DNA of 64,000 nt from Chiloscyllium plagiosum (lineage: Eukaryota). Each line of letters opens with the position of its first letter. The stretch's first letter is position 1. The notes below the pieces were generated by a model. That model was not told the origin of the DNA. It did not search any database and saw nothing but the letters and a program-made list of their open reading frames with translations. The translations under genes were made by a program, and so were the position numbers. Location: positions 47,305,535 to 47,369,534 of the forward strand of contig NC_057718.1 in assembly GCF_004010195.1 (NCBI RefSeq), read 5' to 3'. Shown piece by piece: positions 24,651 through 39,282 of the stretch.

Positions 24651-26829
24651 TTAGATCCCAACTTCCATTCTTCTTAGTTAAGGCATTTCTCTGAGAAATG
24701 AACCAGTGAATGGTTATCACTAATTCAGTGAGTTGAAATAAGTGCAGTACCTGTACATATACTTTCCGATTGCAAAGAAGAGAGCCTTGTGTATTAATGT
24801 GTGTACAGAAAGCTTCATACAAGTACACCATGCTGCAAGCCTGAATGAGAATCTTAAATTGGTTGTCCGAGTAATTCTTTGTGCACCCAGGAGTATTTAA
24901 CAATTGCTGTCCAATTGCAGATAACACCTAATGTTGCAAATTTTCCAAGCACAATCTCATTCAGGATGGTCAATACATACTGTCCATCTGTCAGCATTCT
25001 CCTCTCATACAGTATAAATGTTGCTTTTCCCTTAAATTGGTATTCTTGCAAATTGTAATGATGAGTGCAAGATTGGAAACATCAACAAAGTATATCTTTT
25101 TTCAGCAATACTCAAGGTCTGATCAGCCAAATACCTATGTCTATTACAGGAGAAAAGGGTTCTAATTGTTTGGCAAGTTAGTTCTGATTGGTCAAAGTGT
25201 TATTGTGGAATCACAGGCTCCCCAAACTTCAGTATAATTTTAAAAAGGCACAAGGTTTAAAACTTTCCTTTTGTTTTTAGCGCACAGGTCCCAATTTATG
25301 AGTGTGTATCATGTGTACAAGCCATATTGTGAGCTTAATTGATTATCTTAGTTTGCTTGTTGGTGTAGCTATTGGTGCACTCAGGATTGTTCAGAGAATG
25401 CTGCTGAATCAGAGAATTACATTTAACTGTAGATGTTTTGCTTTAGATATTGTCAGTGCAGGTTGGTTGACTGCAATCTGTACACTGTCAATTGCTAACA
25501 ATCAGATGAGACCAGGAAGTGGTCTGTCATTGTACCAGATGTGCCAGGTATTTGATTCAATGAAACAATCATTGGCACATATTATCCCTGGCATCACATT
25601 GGCACTGAAAGTCATTCATGATAGTTCTGTGGTGGGCAGAATTTCCAAACCCTCCTATCACTGGACAGTCAGAGGCTGGACCTACTAGATGCACAACATG
25701 ACCATGTGGAAGTCCTAAGGTACTGCGTATGAGTAATTCCCTGAAGTTGAAACTTACAATGGGCAATTATTTGGTGTATAGAAACCTCCATTAAAGTTCC
25801 TAGTTCTGCAGTAGCATTGGTAACAGGAGATTCCAACTTACTTACTTGAAGAGGCAGCCATCACAGATTAAAGGCATTTTTATTCTGGTTGCCTGTGAAA
25901 CTCACCACCCAAACATTCACATTGACTGTCCCCACAGACACCTGCCCAACCCCAGACCAGACTGGAGCCAACACAACCCAACGACCCATACCTGACCCAA
26001 CCTTCCCCAGATCTCCCATTCCAGACATGAGCTGACCCGACCTTGAATTTCCTATTCACTCACTGGTCAAGACCATACCAAACCCAACCCCTTTATTTTC
26101 CCTACTCTAGACCCAACATAACCCAAACAGAAGCCAATACCACCCCCTATTCAATCCCCATCTTTACTCCAATGACTTGACCGCTCCTGAGAAATCACTC
26201 ACTTACCTTTCACCTTAAACACATTCACCTGCCACTTAATTCTCACCAACCTGCCTCCTTACTCTGCCCCTTCCCAGCCACCTGCTTTTCTATCCTACCT
26301 TAGCCCACAATCAGCTGGCACGTTATTTCCTTTCCCACTTATTTTACACACTTGCCTTCTCTCAGCATCTGCCAAACTGTTAATTTATTTCAGTATTGGC
26401 TGCATGGATCACTGGCTTGGGCTAGGCTCCTTCAGTTGAAAAGGCTCCTGACCCAGAAGTTTGCACAGAGAATGCCTCCAAAAGTAAGTGGGTATTTTTT
26501 TTTGTCTGATCAGGTTCAAAAATAGGGTTTCAGTAGAACCAATGTCTTTGAGGACTGGCAACAGCATCCTGTTGTTGGAATATACCACTTTCATGGGCAC
26601 TCTATTTGATAGCAGGCTAAAATGGCTTTCTTAACCGTTGTTCTTCAAATTTTGAGAAACTGTTCCTTCCTAGCATAATTTGAGTCAAATCGCGCATTTT
26701 TCAGGTTCAAAAGCTTTTATTTTATTTGCAAGCTTGTATCATACTTATTGTAAATTATCTGATCCCGACAGCCATTGTCCTGTGAAATAACTCAAGTTTT
26801 TTGTATTTCAGAAAAGGAGGGTTTTTTTT

Positions 26830-27330
26830 CTTTAGTTCTTCCATGGAAACACCTTTCAACGTCAAATTCATCAGCAAGTGGTCAGCATTAGTATCCTCAA
26901 GACCCTACAGGAAAGAAGAGGGCTGATCCTATCAGGTGGTCTCCTGGGCAGCCTATCAAAGACATTTGGCAGTATGCCTCATCATTCAACAATCACAAGA
27001 TGTCACTTAGATGGTGGTGTGAAGGGTATTACCTATAAGATCCTTCATGTATGTCCAGACTCTCTTCATCCCCACATGCTGCCCTTGAAGTGGCTGCAAG
27101 AGAGGTGGAAACTCGCACATCTTCCTCTGAGGTATCCCTTTGCAAAGACAGTCTGGAGAGAGATTCAATGGTTTTTTTTGTCAAGGTTCATCCCAAAAAG
27201 CTCCCTGATGCAGGACTATGTGCTCTGTTCCTGGACAAATATTGGCTGCACCAGGGAGACCATCAAATTGGTGAAAGACACTCATTGATCTCCCCAAATT
27301 CCAGTGCAACGAGTTGACCTCGACCGGGTA
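26830..27330 (+). mobile_element. Tx1/L1-like LINE C-terminal remnant
   Basis: Reads AHLPLRYPFAKTVWREIQWFFLSRFIP, resembling the decayed zinc-knuckle region (HL..EC.FAK.VW) of Tx1-group ORF2. Confidence 0.5.
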
Positions 27331-30300
27331 CGTTCCAAGGCCCAGGTCTATGTACTGAGGGATGCACTGAAGATAGTCTGCTGGGAGAACCCAGTGAAAG
27401 CACTTGAAGTCAGTGCTTCTATGTTGGCTTGAAGCTGGAGTTCCTATGCCAGTAAATGTTTTTGTTATTTTACAGAATGTTTTATTGTCATGCTTTCTGG
27501 AACCATCCGAACTTTGGTTAGGTTCACAGTCACCAATCCTTCTTGGCACTGGTCTCATTTACTGATATGAAATGGAGAAGGATGCCCACAGGCCACCTAC
27601 AGCAGAAGATAAATGCAATTTTAATAAACAGTGAAAGTTTATTTCATAACACTTAATAGCTAGTTATATTGCATCTGAGATACATAATTGTGTCTCATGA
27701 GACATCAGGCTCAATATAACAGCAAGAAATCATTTCTACCAGTTATGTGGAATTAGCATTAGACCAATTGATACCGGAACACTGATCTTTGAACCTGAAC
27801 CAAACTGATTAGACCCTAATAGGTTTAGCTTACCTCAGAATATCAGTCAACCCTTTCCGGTACTAACTGCTTATGCAACATTGATGTTTATTTTCAGAAT
27901 TTTTGACAGCAAAATGAGAAAATGTTTGCTTTTAATGGTAGGAATGATTGTTCACAAAATTGCAATCCAAAAAATCCCACCTTCTGAAATAACGCAGTTC
28001 AGCAATTTTGTTTGTGGGAGTTTTAATAAAGGGAATGATTTGCATTGTCCTTTTACTGTCAAAAAGAAACTCCAGGTCCTCAAATCTCAGTTAAAAATGT
28101 GTGGTTAGATATTATTAATGGAGCTGAGAATCAGATCTCACTTTCCTACAGCTGCTTCATTTCCACCAGTTTCATATTTTTTATATGCCTATGAAATAAA
28201 TTTGAATGCTGTGAGCCTCTTTCTTATCAAACATGTCAAACATCTAAATGATACATTCATCTCTAGTTTGTCATTAAAGCCAAGTCTCTAGTATTTACAT
28301 CATATTGTACTCCTCCACTGCTACCACATGCTTTTCTAAGATTTTTTTGTTAACATTCCTTTATTTACATCCTATTACAATTTTTCTCCACTTGCCTTCC
28401 CTCACATGAGTTGATTCCCAAATTCTGGTTTATCCATTTCTATTCAGGTATCTATTCAATACTTCACCGAAATCACATCTGTAATAGGATCAAGTAAATC
28501 CAAATGAAATTAAGATGAAAACCATAAAATTTTTTTGTCTATGCAGATATGACACCAGCTTGATCCTAAAAGGTTAATCACAAATTCTGACCTACACTAC
28601 CAGCATAGAGTAAAAAGAGAATAATTAAAATCTAAATACAGGCTCACGTAGAATATTTAGATGACATTTTTATGAAGTTCTGTATTAACAAAATGGTCTA
28701 AACACTGCCTGTGGTTCTGCAGAGTTCTAAGTGATCAGATTTTGTTATCTATGCAATTTCTTCAGCTTTAAAAACTGTACTGAAACCACTGTAGGCTTTG
28801 TGGTATAAGTAACGTGGTTTTCCATGAGTTAAAAATAAAAGTCCAAGAAGACAACTGAAACAGAAAAGTACCGACTGATAAAGCAATTAGTTCTGTAAAA
28901 CTAAACTATTGCTTTTTCCATTTTCCTTTTCGTTCTTAGCAGTTTTTAACAATTACATGTTGTCTCTTTATATAAGATAGAAGTGAACAGGCTGAATGCA
29001 GTCAAAGTGACAGATGTCTGAATGGACCAATTTACTTTTACATCTGCTGCGGTTTGGGTACATTTTTCAATTAATATTAAGTTTTACACTCGGTGACCTG
29101 CACATTAGTATATTCTACTCTGATTGAACCTGCTTTCTCCTGCCCCGATCCTTATCATCGCAATTGCAACTGCCTTAAATGCCAGAAAATCTACAGCAAG
29201 AATGAAGTATACACGAGTATTCTATTTGAGTCTTTACAAGTTGGAAGAATTTATTTCTCGGATTTATTTTGTATCAGATTTATTTAGTTTGTATCAGTGA
29301 TGTGTACTGTAAAATTAAGCCAACGCTGTGAAGTATTTAGCCTATCATTGAAGTTGCACAGAATGTTTACTTCTAACCAGGTTTCCTAACTTACATTCAG
29401 TGCTCACTTCCACATTTATCAATTTTAAGGTACTCCCTATTAAAAATGCTATTAACCTACAGTCCTTAAAGGTCTCTGTCTCTGCATCTTTTTCTTTTGT
29501 TTTCCTCAATAGCCCGAGTGAGATTTGGCTTTAAACTGCTGCGACACAAACTACCTGCCAATGCTGATATCCTTACATGAGGATTCCAGTCTTCTACTCT
29601 CTCTGGCACTGTTACATCTAATTTGATGACGCAAACTCCCAAACCAGCATTTCTGACATATCTTTCTTTCTTCCTCAGCTGAAGATTCATCTCATTGACA
29701 AGATCTTTATATGTGCCAGATTTATTTTTCACAGTTCTAATGTGGGACTTACCCTCTCTTTCCTAGATCCATGATAGGGCTCCCCTCATCTTCCAGCTTA
29801 CCAGTCTTCAAATTCATTGGATCATCCTCTGCCATTTCTGCGACCTCAGGCACCTTCTCAGCAACAATCTCATTCAATCCTCAATCAATCTTAACATCTT
29901 CAAGGTAATTTTTCTCCATAAACAATGAAGATGCAACACCTATTCCTTTCTGTCTTCTCTCCTCATTTTCTAAGAGCCCAAACACTTCCTCCAGATAAAA
30001 CACCACTGCTACGTGTTTTCTTCAATTTAGTTTACTGTATACACATTGCTACATTGTGTAGCCCAAATGCAACTCTTTTGGAACACCTCAGTGCCAATCT
30101 GCCATTTTCATTTGTCACAAATAATCTGAGGCTGATCTCTCTGTCTTTGGCCTACTATAATTTTGCAGTGAAGCTTAATGCAAATTTCAATTTTAAAAAA
30201 ATCTCACCATCAAGTGCTCTATTGGCTTTATTGATGCAACTACACTGCTTTTATTAATTTCAGACTGTAAACTGTATCTCCATATTCTTTGCATGTTTCA

Positions 30301-30929
30301 ACTTTATCTTGTTTTCCATTTTTTTTCCTGCTTTGGGCAGCAACCCCAAATCCTTAATCGGATTTATTAATTATTAATCCATTCTGTTCAAGATGCATGT
30401 TGTGTTTTTCTCAGGATGATCCCCTCAACCAACCAGTATCAACTTGCCTGGTTTAAATGTAAACAAAACTTGACAGTTAACTGGCAGTTATCATTTAATT
30501 AGTGCATTCTCTATGGCAATGGGTCTACTGATCAGATTCCACTAGCTAACCAATCAGCACTTTATTTTCATACAATATAAAAAATTGTTCCCTTTTATAT
30601 TAGTATTCTTTTATATTAGTATTCTTTATGTTAGTATTCCTGATGAGTGCAAAACCAAAATGTCGTTTTCTTCAGCAATATATTTACTCCTTACTATGAA
30701 TGATTGGTTTTGTTTTATTTGTTGCTGTAGGAACTTACACAGCTAACAATGTCAGTTAATGGATAAACGTTAAAGATGAGATTTTATGTTCTAATACATT
30801 GACTACATGGATGCTAACACTGCTGTTAGTAAACTGAGATTATCTTGTACCGTATTTGAGGTTGTCTCCGTTCTATGCTTCTGATATACAGCACATAACA
30901 TACTGGGAACTTGTAGGTATCAGGCACAA

Positions 30930-31429
30930 NNNNNNNNNNNNNNNNNNNNNNNNNNNNNNNNNNNNNNNNNNNNNNNNNNNNNNNNNNNNNNNNNNNNNNN
31001 NNNNNNNNNNNNNNNNNNNNNNNNNNNNNNNNNNNNNNNNNNNNNNNNNNNNNNNNNNNNNNNNNNNNNNNNNNNNNNNNNNNNNNNNNNNNNNNNNNNN
31101 NNNNNNNNNNNNNNNNNNNNNNNNNNNNNNNNNNNNNNNNNNNNNNNNNNNNNNNNNNNNNNNNNNNNNNNNNNNNNNNNNNNNNNNNNNNNNNNNNNNN
31201 NNNNNNNNNNNNNNNNNNNNNNNNNNNNNNNNNNNNNNNNNNNNNNNNNNNNNNNNNNNNNNNNNNNNNNNNNNNNNNNNNNNNNNNNNNNNNNNNNNNN
31301 NNNNNNNNNNNNNNNNNNNNNNNNNNNNNNNNNNNNNNNNNNNNNNNNNNNNNNNNNNNNNNNNNNNNNNNNNNNNNNNNNNNNNNNNNNNNNNNNNNNN
31401 NNNNNNNNNNNNNNNNNNNNNNNNNNNNN
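30930..31429. other. Assembly gap (500 N)
   Basis: Run of exactly 500 N. True gap size unknown. Confidence 1.
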
Positions 31430-31800
31430 TTGCATTAGAGCCGGTCTCAATACCAGAAACATGGCTGTTCATGCTATGTTCCCCTGAGAATCCGTCACCC
31501 CCTACATTTCCAAAACAGCATACTTATTTGAAATGGAGATAGCCACAGAAGACTCCTGCATTGCCTGCATACCTCTCTTACCTTTCCTGGAGTTAACCCA
31601 TTTATGTGACTGTATCTGCGACTTTTCCCCCTTCCTATAACTGCCATCCATCACATCCACTTGCTCTTGTAAATTCCTCATTACCTCTAACTGTCTCTCC
31701 AACCGATCCATTCAATCTGATATGATTTGCAACCAATGGCATTTTGTTGCAGATATAATCCTCAGCAACATGTAAACTCTCCCTGAACTCCCACGTCTGA
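31430..31800 (-). mobile_element. CR1/HER1 ORF1-region remnant
   Basis: Reads DRLERQLEVMRNLQEQVDVMDGSYR...AISISNKYAVLE, resembling the CR1 ORF1 coiled-coil/SN.Y..L motif. Runs into the gap. Confidence 0.55.
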
Positions 31801-32133
31801 CAAAAAAACCACCATTTTGACTGGGATAACACATTTGTCCTAGGACAGGCTAAGCAAAGACATGCCAGAGAATTCCTAGAGGCCTGGCACTCCAACCACA
31901 ATGCCATAAACAAACGCATAGATCTAGATACCATCTATCAACCCCTCAGAAAACAAACAGGAAATGACATCACCACAAACCCCAGGAACCCCATCCAGGA
32001 CAAACATATAAATAGAAAGCAGGAGACAACAGCTTTGCTTCACTTGGAGGTCGCCACTGATGATGTTATCTAGCCAGGTAATGAAACATCTGGATATCAA
32101 ACCTACAGCTCAGCGAGCAAACCTACACCCTAA
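31800..32133 (+). mobile_element. Penelope-like (Poseidon-type) 3' fragment
   Basis: HHFDWDNTFVLGQAKQRHAREFLEAWHSNHNAINK, nearly identical to 55530-55859. Carries a hammerhead motif at 32054-32093 with GAAACATC. Confidence 0.85.
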
Positions 32134-33865
32134 ATTCACTTCTCTGTTTCCATGCTGTGACCTCTCCCAAACAGATTCCTTCAAGATTTGTTGTGAATTT
32201 CACTGTTTGTTAGCTTTCTCAGACACACTCTGATGTCCAGCGATACATGAATTCAAACAGCAAAGGCAGTAACTGCGCAGGTTCACTGCTGTGTCAGTTA
32301 GTAGTGTGGGTTTCTTCCCTCTATCACACTCCTGCACTGACCTCACCATGCGCTTCCATTAGCTTTTAAAGTGCATTGGCTACTGTCAAGTAAGGTGTTG
32401 GCTGTAAATTAGCAACATCACAGGAGAAAGAACAGTACCATTTCTAGATACACTGGTCAATTCCCTTCTGCAATCAAGCATGTCACAAGGCAAACATAAA
32501 CATAAGCTCCCCTGCCCCTATTTTACCTTGAACCGGGGTATATGAGGAAATTTACTTTTATTTTAAAGCTATATGCATTCCCACAACTTTTATAAACCAA
32601 ATATACTTCCTAGAGACAAGAGACTAAGATGTTAATAAATTATCTTTCGATGTTTCTTTCTCATAGACAAAATTAAGTAGCAATATTGTAGCCAGTCTCA
32701 ACAAGCAATAAAGATCTTATATATATTGTAATGGGAAGACTCTAGCTCCTTTCTAATAGTGAATAACAGGAAATAAAACAGAGAAGAGTTTATTCACCAT
32801 CAAAGCTGGTGGAATTTTTGTCATCCTGATTTCTGGGAGTCTTCGTCGAATCCTGTCTGTAATTGGCAGTGGGAACACTGTTATTGAGTATCCACACCGC
32901 ATAGGGTTAATCAATTTCAGGACTTTTCCCAGTGAGGGAGAAATCCTGCTTGGGAGATTTTCTGATATTTTCTAATCAGCTTGTTCAAAGATGTTATTGC
33001 ACACCTCTGTGGCAGGTGGATCTTGAACCCAGGCCTCTTGACTCAGAGGTAAGAGCATTACCTCGAGCTCCAAGTATCCATATTTACTTTGAATTCAATA
33101 GTTAGGGAGTCATCTTTTATTTTTAATCATCCTGCTCAATATGTTAAGACACATCTCTGGGTAGATAGGACTTGAACCTAGGCCTTCTGGCTCACACTAC
33201 CACTGCACCACATGACAATTGCAACTTAAGGGCCTCAATTAGGATTCAGGCAGGAAAGCAGTCCCTGGGTCTTCCAACCCTGGAACTTAATCCAGGAAAA
33301 GAGTTGAGGTCCCAACCTCAAGCCTATCCAAAACAGCCACTTCCCTTTGTCCTCACCTCTGAACCTGCTACCCGCAGACGTAGCATTAAATTCTGCCAAG
33401 AAAGACAGAACAGTAAAATCACCCGAATTCGTGATGCTTTCACCTTCTTGCCTTATGTTTCGGAGAGGTTAAATTCTTTCAAGTTCTGAGGAAGGGTCAT
33501 TGGACTCGGAATGTTAACTCTGATTTCTCTCAATAGATAAAGCCAGATCTGCTGAGTTTTCCCAGCAATTTCTGTTTTTGTTTCTGATTTCCAGCATTCG
33601 CAGTTCTTTCGGTTTTTATATTATTCAAGTCTCAATTCTATCCCTTGATGATTTTAGGGTGAGATGTAAGATTTTCTGAGTCTATCACTATGATACAATT
33701 TACTGAAATGGCTCTTGGAGGGGAAAAACATCAATTGCAACATACTAACCTCAGAGAATTTGGTTTATGTGGACGGTAATCCTTCAGTTGAAAAGGTTTC
33801 TGTAAGTGTTTGTCGACTGGGAAACAGATTGTGATGTTAAATCGTTAAGATATTTGAAGAATTCA

Positions 33866-34655
33866 AAGTGGATAAATGTGTGGTTATCCACTTTGTTGGC
33901 AAGAACAGGAAGGCAAATTACTATCTAAATGGAGTCAAGTTAGGTAAAGGGGAATTACAACAAGATCTAGGTGTTCTTGTACATCAGTCAATGAAAGCAA
34001 GCATGCAGGTACAGCAGGCAGTGAAGAAAGCTAATGGCATGCTGGCCTTCATAACAAGAGGAATTGAGTATAGGAGCAAAGAGGTCCTTCTGCAGTTGTA
34101 CAGGGCCCTGATGAGACCACACCTGGAGTATTGTATGCAGTTTTGGTCTCCAAATTTGAGGAAGGAATTCTGGTTATTGAGGGAATGCAGCGTAGGTTCA
34201 CAAGGTCAATCCCCGGAATGGCAGGACCATCATATGTTGAAAGATTGGAGCAACTGGGCTTGTATACACCTGAGTTTAGAAGGATGAGAGGGGATCTGAT
34301 TGAGACGTATAAGATTATTAAAGGGTTGGACACTCTGGAGGCAGGAAGCATGCTTCTGCTGGTGGGTGAGTCCAGAACCAGAGGACACAGTTTAAAATAG
34401 GGGGGAGGCCATTTCAAACATAGGAGAAACTTATATGGAATGCTTTGCCCCAGAAGGCAGTGGAGGCCAAGTCTCTGGATACTTTCAAGAAAGAGATGGA
34501 TTGAGCTCTTAAAGATGATGGACTCAAGGGTTATGGGAATAAGGCAGGAACAGGATACTGATTGTGGATGATCAGCCATGATCATAATGAATGGTGGTGC
34601 TGGCTCAAAGGACCGAATGGTCTGCTCCTGCACCTATTGCTATTGTCTATTGTCT
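33866..34655 (+). mobile_element. CR1 LINE 3' fragment (ORF2 C-terminus)
   Basis: DKCVVIHF...DLGVLVHQS...VKKANGMLAFITRGIEYRSKEV...RPHLEYC.QFWSP; YVERLEQLGLY...RGDLIETYKI. Short tandem tail (tattgtc). Confidence 0.92.
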
Positions 34656-34804
34656 GTATCCTAATGCAACTATCACAATAAAATAGATGTATATAGCAAT
34701 GACATGGCCCTAAGTGGAATCTTACAGGGGCCTGAATATCGTGGGCTATGACAAGAAATCTGGTAGAGTCACATGAAAAATCAAACAAGGGCTAAAACAA
34801 CTCC

Positions 34805-35108
34805 TACAGCTTGGAAGCAGGCCATTTGACCCATCAAATCACACCAATCATCTGAAAAGCATCCCTCCCAGACCCTTCTCACTACCCTATCACCTTGCGT
34901 TCCCCTTGGCTAACCCACTTAGCCTGTACATCTCTGGACACTATGGGTAATTTAGCTTGACCAATCCACTTTGCCTACACATCTTTGGACTGTGGGAGGA
35001 AACCAGACCACCTGGAGGAAACCCATGCAGACACGGGAAGAATGTGCAAACTCCACACAGACAGTCACCTGAGGCTGGAATTGAACCCAGGTCTCTCGCT
35101 CTGTGAGG
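34805..35108 (-). mobile_element. HE1-type V-SINE (head truncated)
   Basis: catctttggactgtgggaggaaacc...tgcaaactccacacagacag motif. Confidence 0.8.
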
Positions 35109-38100
35109 TTGTCGTCTAACCAGTTTAGATCCACCTTGATGACAGGAACAACTTGCTAACTCTTTTCACTATGTTCTGGCTGTCAAGGCAAGATTCTTGC
35201 TAAGCAGTGTCTAGTTGCCTAATAAGGAGGATTATTGCGGTGAATGACCTTACTAAGTACAAATCTCGCATCATTAACATGCAGCTTTCTATGTATTGTT
35301 TACTGTGAGCAAATTAGATGCTGATAATTCTTGACATAAGTCAGAACAGATATTTGATGACTTCAAATTCCCTCTGCCTGTAAGCAGCCTCTGTGTTGGT
35401 CACCATGCAACAACATCACAGACGTGATCCATGGCAACCAGCCTCATGAATACGTCATACTTGGACATTGCCATGCAATAATTGCCAACCCCTCATGGGA
35501 CCTCTTTGGTGCACTTGCAGAATGCTTAGGAAGCAGAGACCTGCATCGGCAACTGGCATTGAAAGGCTGCTGTGAGGATTCTTTGCATACCGAGACAGGA
35601 ATCCAGCTCAGAGGTTGGATCAGGCTGCATCTCAGGTATGCTCGCTTGCTCTATAAACACTCACTCACTTAGTGTCTACCTGCATGGTTGCAGCATCCAC
35701 ACTTTGCCAAGCCATGCTAAGGTAGTTAAAATTTTGGCACTTCATCCTAGAGTCTAAACACTGTCTATATTAATTTGTTCATTTGTACAGACACACTGGC
35801 AGGATGTGTGTCAGCTGCCTGTATTGTCAACACACGCATTCAACCAAAATGTATGTGAGGGATATTCCATGGTCAAGAGTAAGAGGTGGGGGGGTGGGTG
35901 GGCACTGTCGGTCAGGCTGGTGCAAATTGGATATTGCCTCTAACTTCTGTATCAAAGGGATGTCAATAATTTCAAAAGAGGGAAATACTGGCATAACTTG
36001 TGAAACTTGCAGGGGTGCTGTAGAAGGTAGAGCTGATGGCTTCATCTATTTTATAAGTATTGAACTTACTGAATGCAATGACAAATTTGATAATTGACAT
36101 GGGTCTGGGGTGGAAAGGGGATTGGAGTACTGTAGGCACTCCTTTGTTGTGTAATGTGTTTGCACACATGCTGAGGCTGAAGCTGAATGAATGATGGAGA
36201 TGTAGGTTTTATTCTGGGGATGTTGCATGTCTCATTGTGTGGAGCAGTGTGTGCAGCCCACAACTGCAGCACATGCTATTCACTAATAGTTCTCAGGGCG
36301 AATAACTTGTTTTGCTCCTTGTGTTCCCAATGTTAGACATTTCCAGCAATGGTGATATCATAGAAAATGACAGCATGGAAAGAGGCCCTTCATCCCATTG
36401 TGTCTGTGCCAGTCATCAAGCATTCACCTGTTCTCATCCCATTTTTCAGCACTTGACCAATAACCTTGGATGCTCAGGTGTTTCACTTGATCATCTAAAT
36501 ACTTCTTAAATGTTATAATGGCTTCTACTTCTACCACTCCTTCAGTCAGTGGGTTTCAGAAACCCATCACATTCTGTGTGAAAAAATATCCTCCTCAAAC
36601 CCCCAATACAGCTCCTGCCTCTTACCTTAAATCTAGGCCTTAGACAACTTTCATGTACCTGGTGCACTTGAGGGAGCAGGGCCCTACAAGGCTGGTTACT
36701 GGGGACAAGGGACAAGCTCTTGTGACCATGGCATATGACATTATTGTGCAAAACTGATTGATGCAGAGTCCAGATGCAATGCTGCCCATTCTTTGACCAG
36801 AGTCATGATAGAGCACACAATAGGGCTATTGAAGATGTGGATCTACTACTTGGACACATATGATGGGGGCAAATTATTGTCTGCACAATAAAATGCCTGC
36901 AAAAGTACTGAAAGCACTATGAAATGGTAACACAGTACTTAAGCAGAATAGTAATAATTTCAGAGACTCAGTCACACTGATCAGACTTTACCTCAGACCA
37001 GGATCGTGAACGGTGGCAGAAATCTAGAGTACTGTACTCCAGACCACCAGCGGAGTCCCGATGGACGGAAGGCAGTGAGACATGTTGTCATTGTTGCTAA
37101 ATATGTTAACTGAGATCACCTAATTCATAGAGTTTATATGTATTTTATGTAGTTTAAGGTAATAGATTCATTTATTAGCTTGTATATGTTTATATTAAAT
37201 AGATTTAGCTATTAAACTTGCTTTATATCAAAGCACACGTGTCATCTTTCAATCATTTTGATCATAGAGTCATAGAGATGTACAGCATGGAGATGTACAG
37301 CATACAGATCGGTCCAACCCATCCATGCCCGAGACCTTAAAGAATTTGTTTTCAGTCTAATAATACAGAAGCTCACCTTGTGCATGACTGTATAAACCAG
37401 ACAGCATCTGAATGACACCCAATTATGGTCAATGAGAGCTGGGTGCAACACACAATCGTGGACTGTCAATAGTGATTGGTCATCACACCAACAGTTGCAT
37501 TGTGGGTTGAATTGCATACTCTATTTGGTTTATGTTCACTTTAGATGACTGTAATAAAAACTCATCTTTGGGATTGCCTAGTTGCTTGCCTGTATGTGAA
37601 GCTCCCTACTGGACAATGTAGTGAGCATTGGGAATAACATAACATTGACTTAAGAGTGTATTTAGATGAGCTGTAGCCAATAAACAGGTAATGTTCGTGG
37701 CTAAGTTTAAACAGTGACTATTATGAGAGTTTGGAGTTGCATGTGTGAGGGAGTGGCAGGCATTCTATGTGCAATGAGCAATACTCCATTACATTGCCAG
37801 TGAAGATCAAAGCTGAATTGCTAATGCCTGTCTGAGTGCACAATGGCCTTTGAAAATGGTGAAGGCAGCCGGGGTGCAGGCCTATCAGAGGGATATCCAA
37901 TGAGTAGTGTGAGAAACAAAAGCTCACTCACTTCAATAATTTCAGTCCGAGACCAAAAATCTGAAACAGTGTTGTTTATTTGTACACTTGCAAGTGGGTG
38001 CCATGTCTAATGCCAGGTAAGGCAATGACAAATGCACACCAAATCCAACAAACTCTCGAAATTTATACAGTTTGAATCCCCATATTTTTCCTTATTCCAT

Positions 38101-38785
38101 TGTTTGCCCCCATCCTCCGCTTATGTCATTCATTTCCTTAAGACTGATCCCACAACTTCTGTTTATCCGGCCTTGTCAGTGACAAATGTCTATCTCTGGC
38201 CCCCTATAAGGTTGTTTGACGTCATCCCATCCTTTGCTTACCATTATCTGCTCCCTCCATCTGGCTGCCCCTCTCAGCATCTTATCACTAAGCCCTTTTA
38301 ATTGGGGTTTGTTCCTGTTTCTCTGTACAAGTGGGAAACAGATGTTTATAAAGGCCTCTTTTCACAGCATTTTACCTAGTGCCTGTATTTCTACCATTGT
38401 TCTGTAATCACGTTTCATGCTAAGTCCTTCTTCGATGTAGTTCCCATTTTTGCTAACTCAGCTCCTAGCTGAGAAAACAATCACAGACTAATGTGAATTC
38501 ATTTACTCTGTATCAGAACTTATGATTTGCAGAAATAACATTAATTCACCTATATCCCACAGTAGCAAGTTCTGAGACCAGCAGGTATATTGGGCAAGGA
38601 TTGAATGAGTGGGGTCCCATTGAGTGGGGTAGGAAGATCATGAGCCAAGTTTGGTAGGAAGTGGCAAGAAACCACACTAGGCCTCGCGGAGAGAAAGCTT
38701 CAGGGAAACTCCACAAAATTTCAACTTAACCAGAAAAACTGTAAGATTGAGTCTGATGTAACTAAACTAGTGTATATCTGCTTAT

Positions 38786-39104
38786 CACTGCTGCCTCACA
38801 GCGCCAGAGACCCAGGTTTGATTCCAGCCTCAGGCGACTGTCTGTATGGAGTTTGCACATTCTCCCCGTGTCTGCGTGGGTTTCCTCCGGGTGCTCCGGT
38901 TACCTCTCATAGTTCAAAGATGTGCAGGTCAGGTGGATTGGCCACGCTAAATTGCCCAGGAGTGTGTAGGCTCGGTGGTTTAACCAGAGTAGATGTGAGT
39001 TACAGGATTTGGTGGGGGCCCGGGTCTAGGTGGGATCCTCTTCAGAGGGTCAGTGCAGTCTCAGTGGGCCAAATGGCCTCCTTCCGCATTGTAGGGATTC
39101 TATG
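38786..39104 (+). mobile_element. HE1-type V-SINE
   Basis: cactgctgcctcacagcgccagagaccc...gtagggattctatga. Confidence 0.85.
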
Positions 39105-39282
39105 ATCAGATTACTTAAAGCTAAGCCTGTGAAAGTCAATGACATCTAATTTACCTTGAAAACTTCAATACAAAGCATTAACAGCTTTAAAGTTTTGTAA
39201 GTGGTGCATAAGCCTCAACATTACCTAAGTTTTCATCAGGATAAATGTAAGCATTTCGAGTATTTGCCTTAAAATTCATCTT

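Noticed and set aside
30856..31542. Long ORFs of 180-228 aa in the ORF track
   Set aside because: Artefacts of translating through the 500-N gap.
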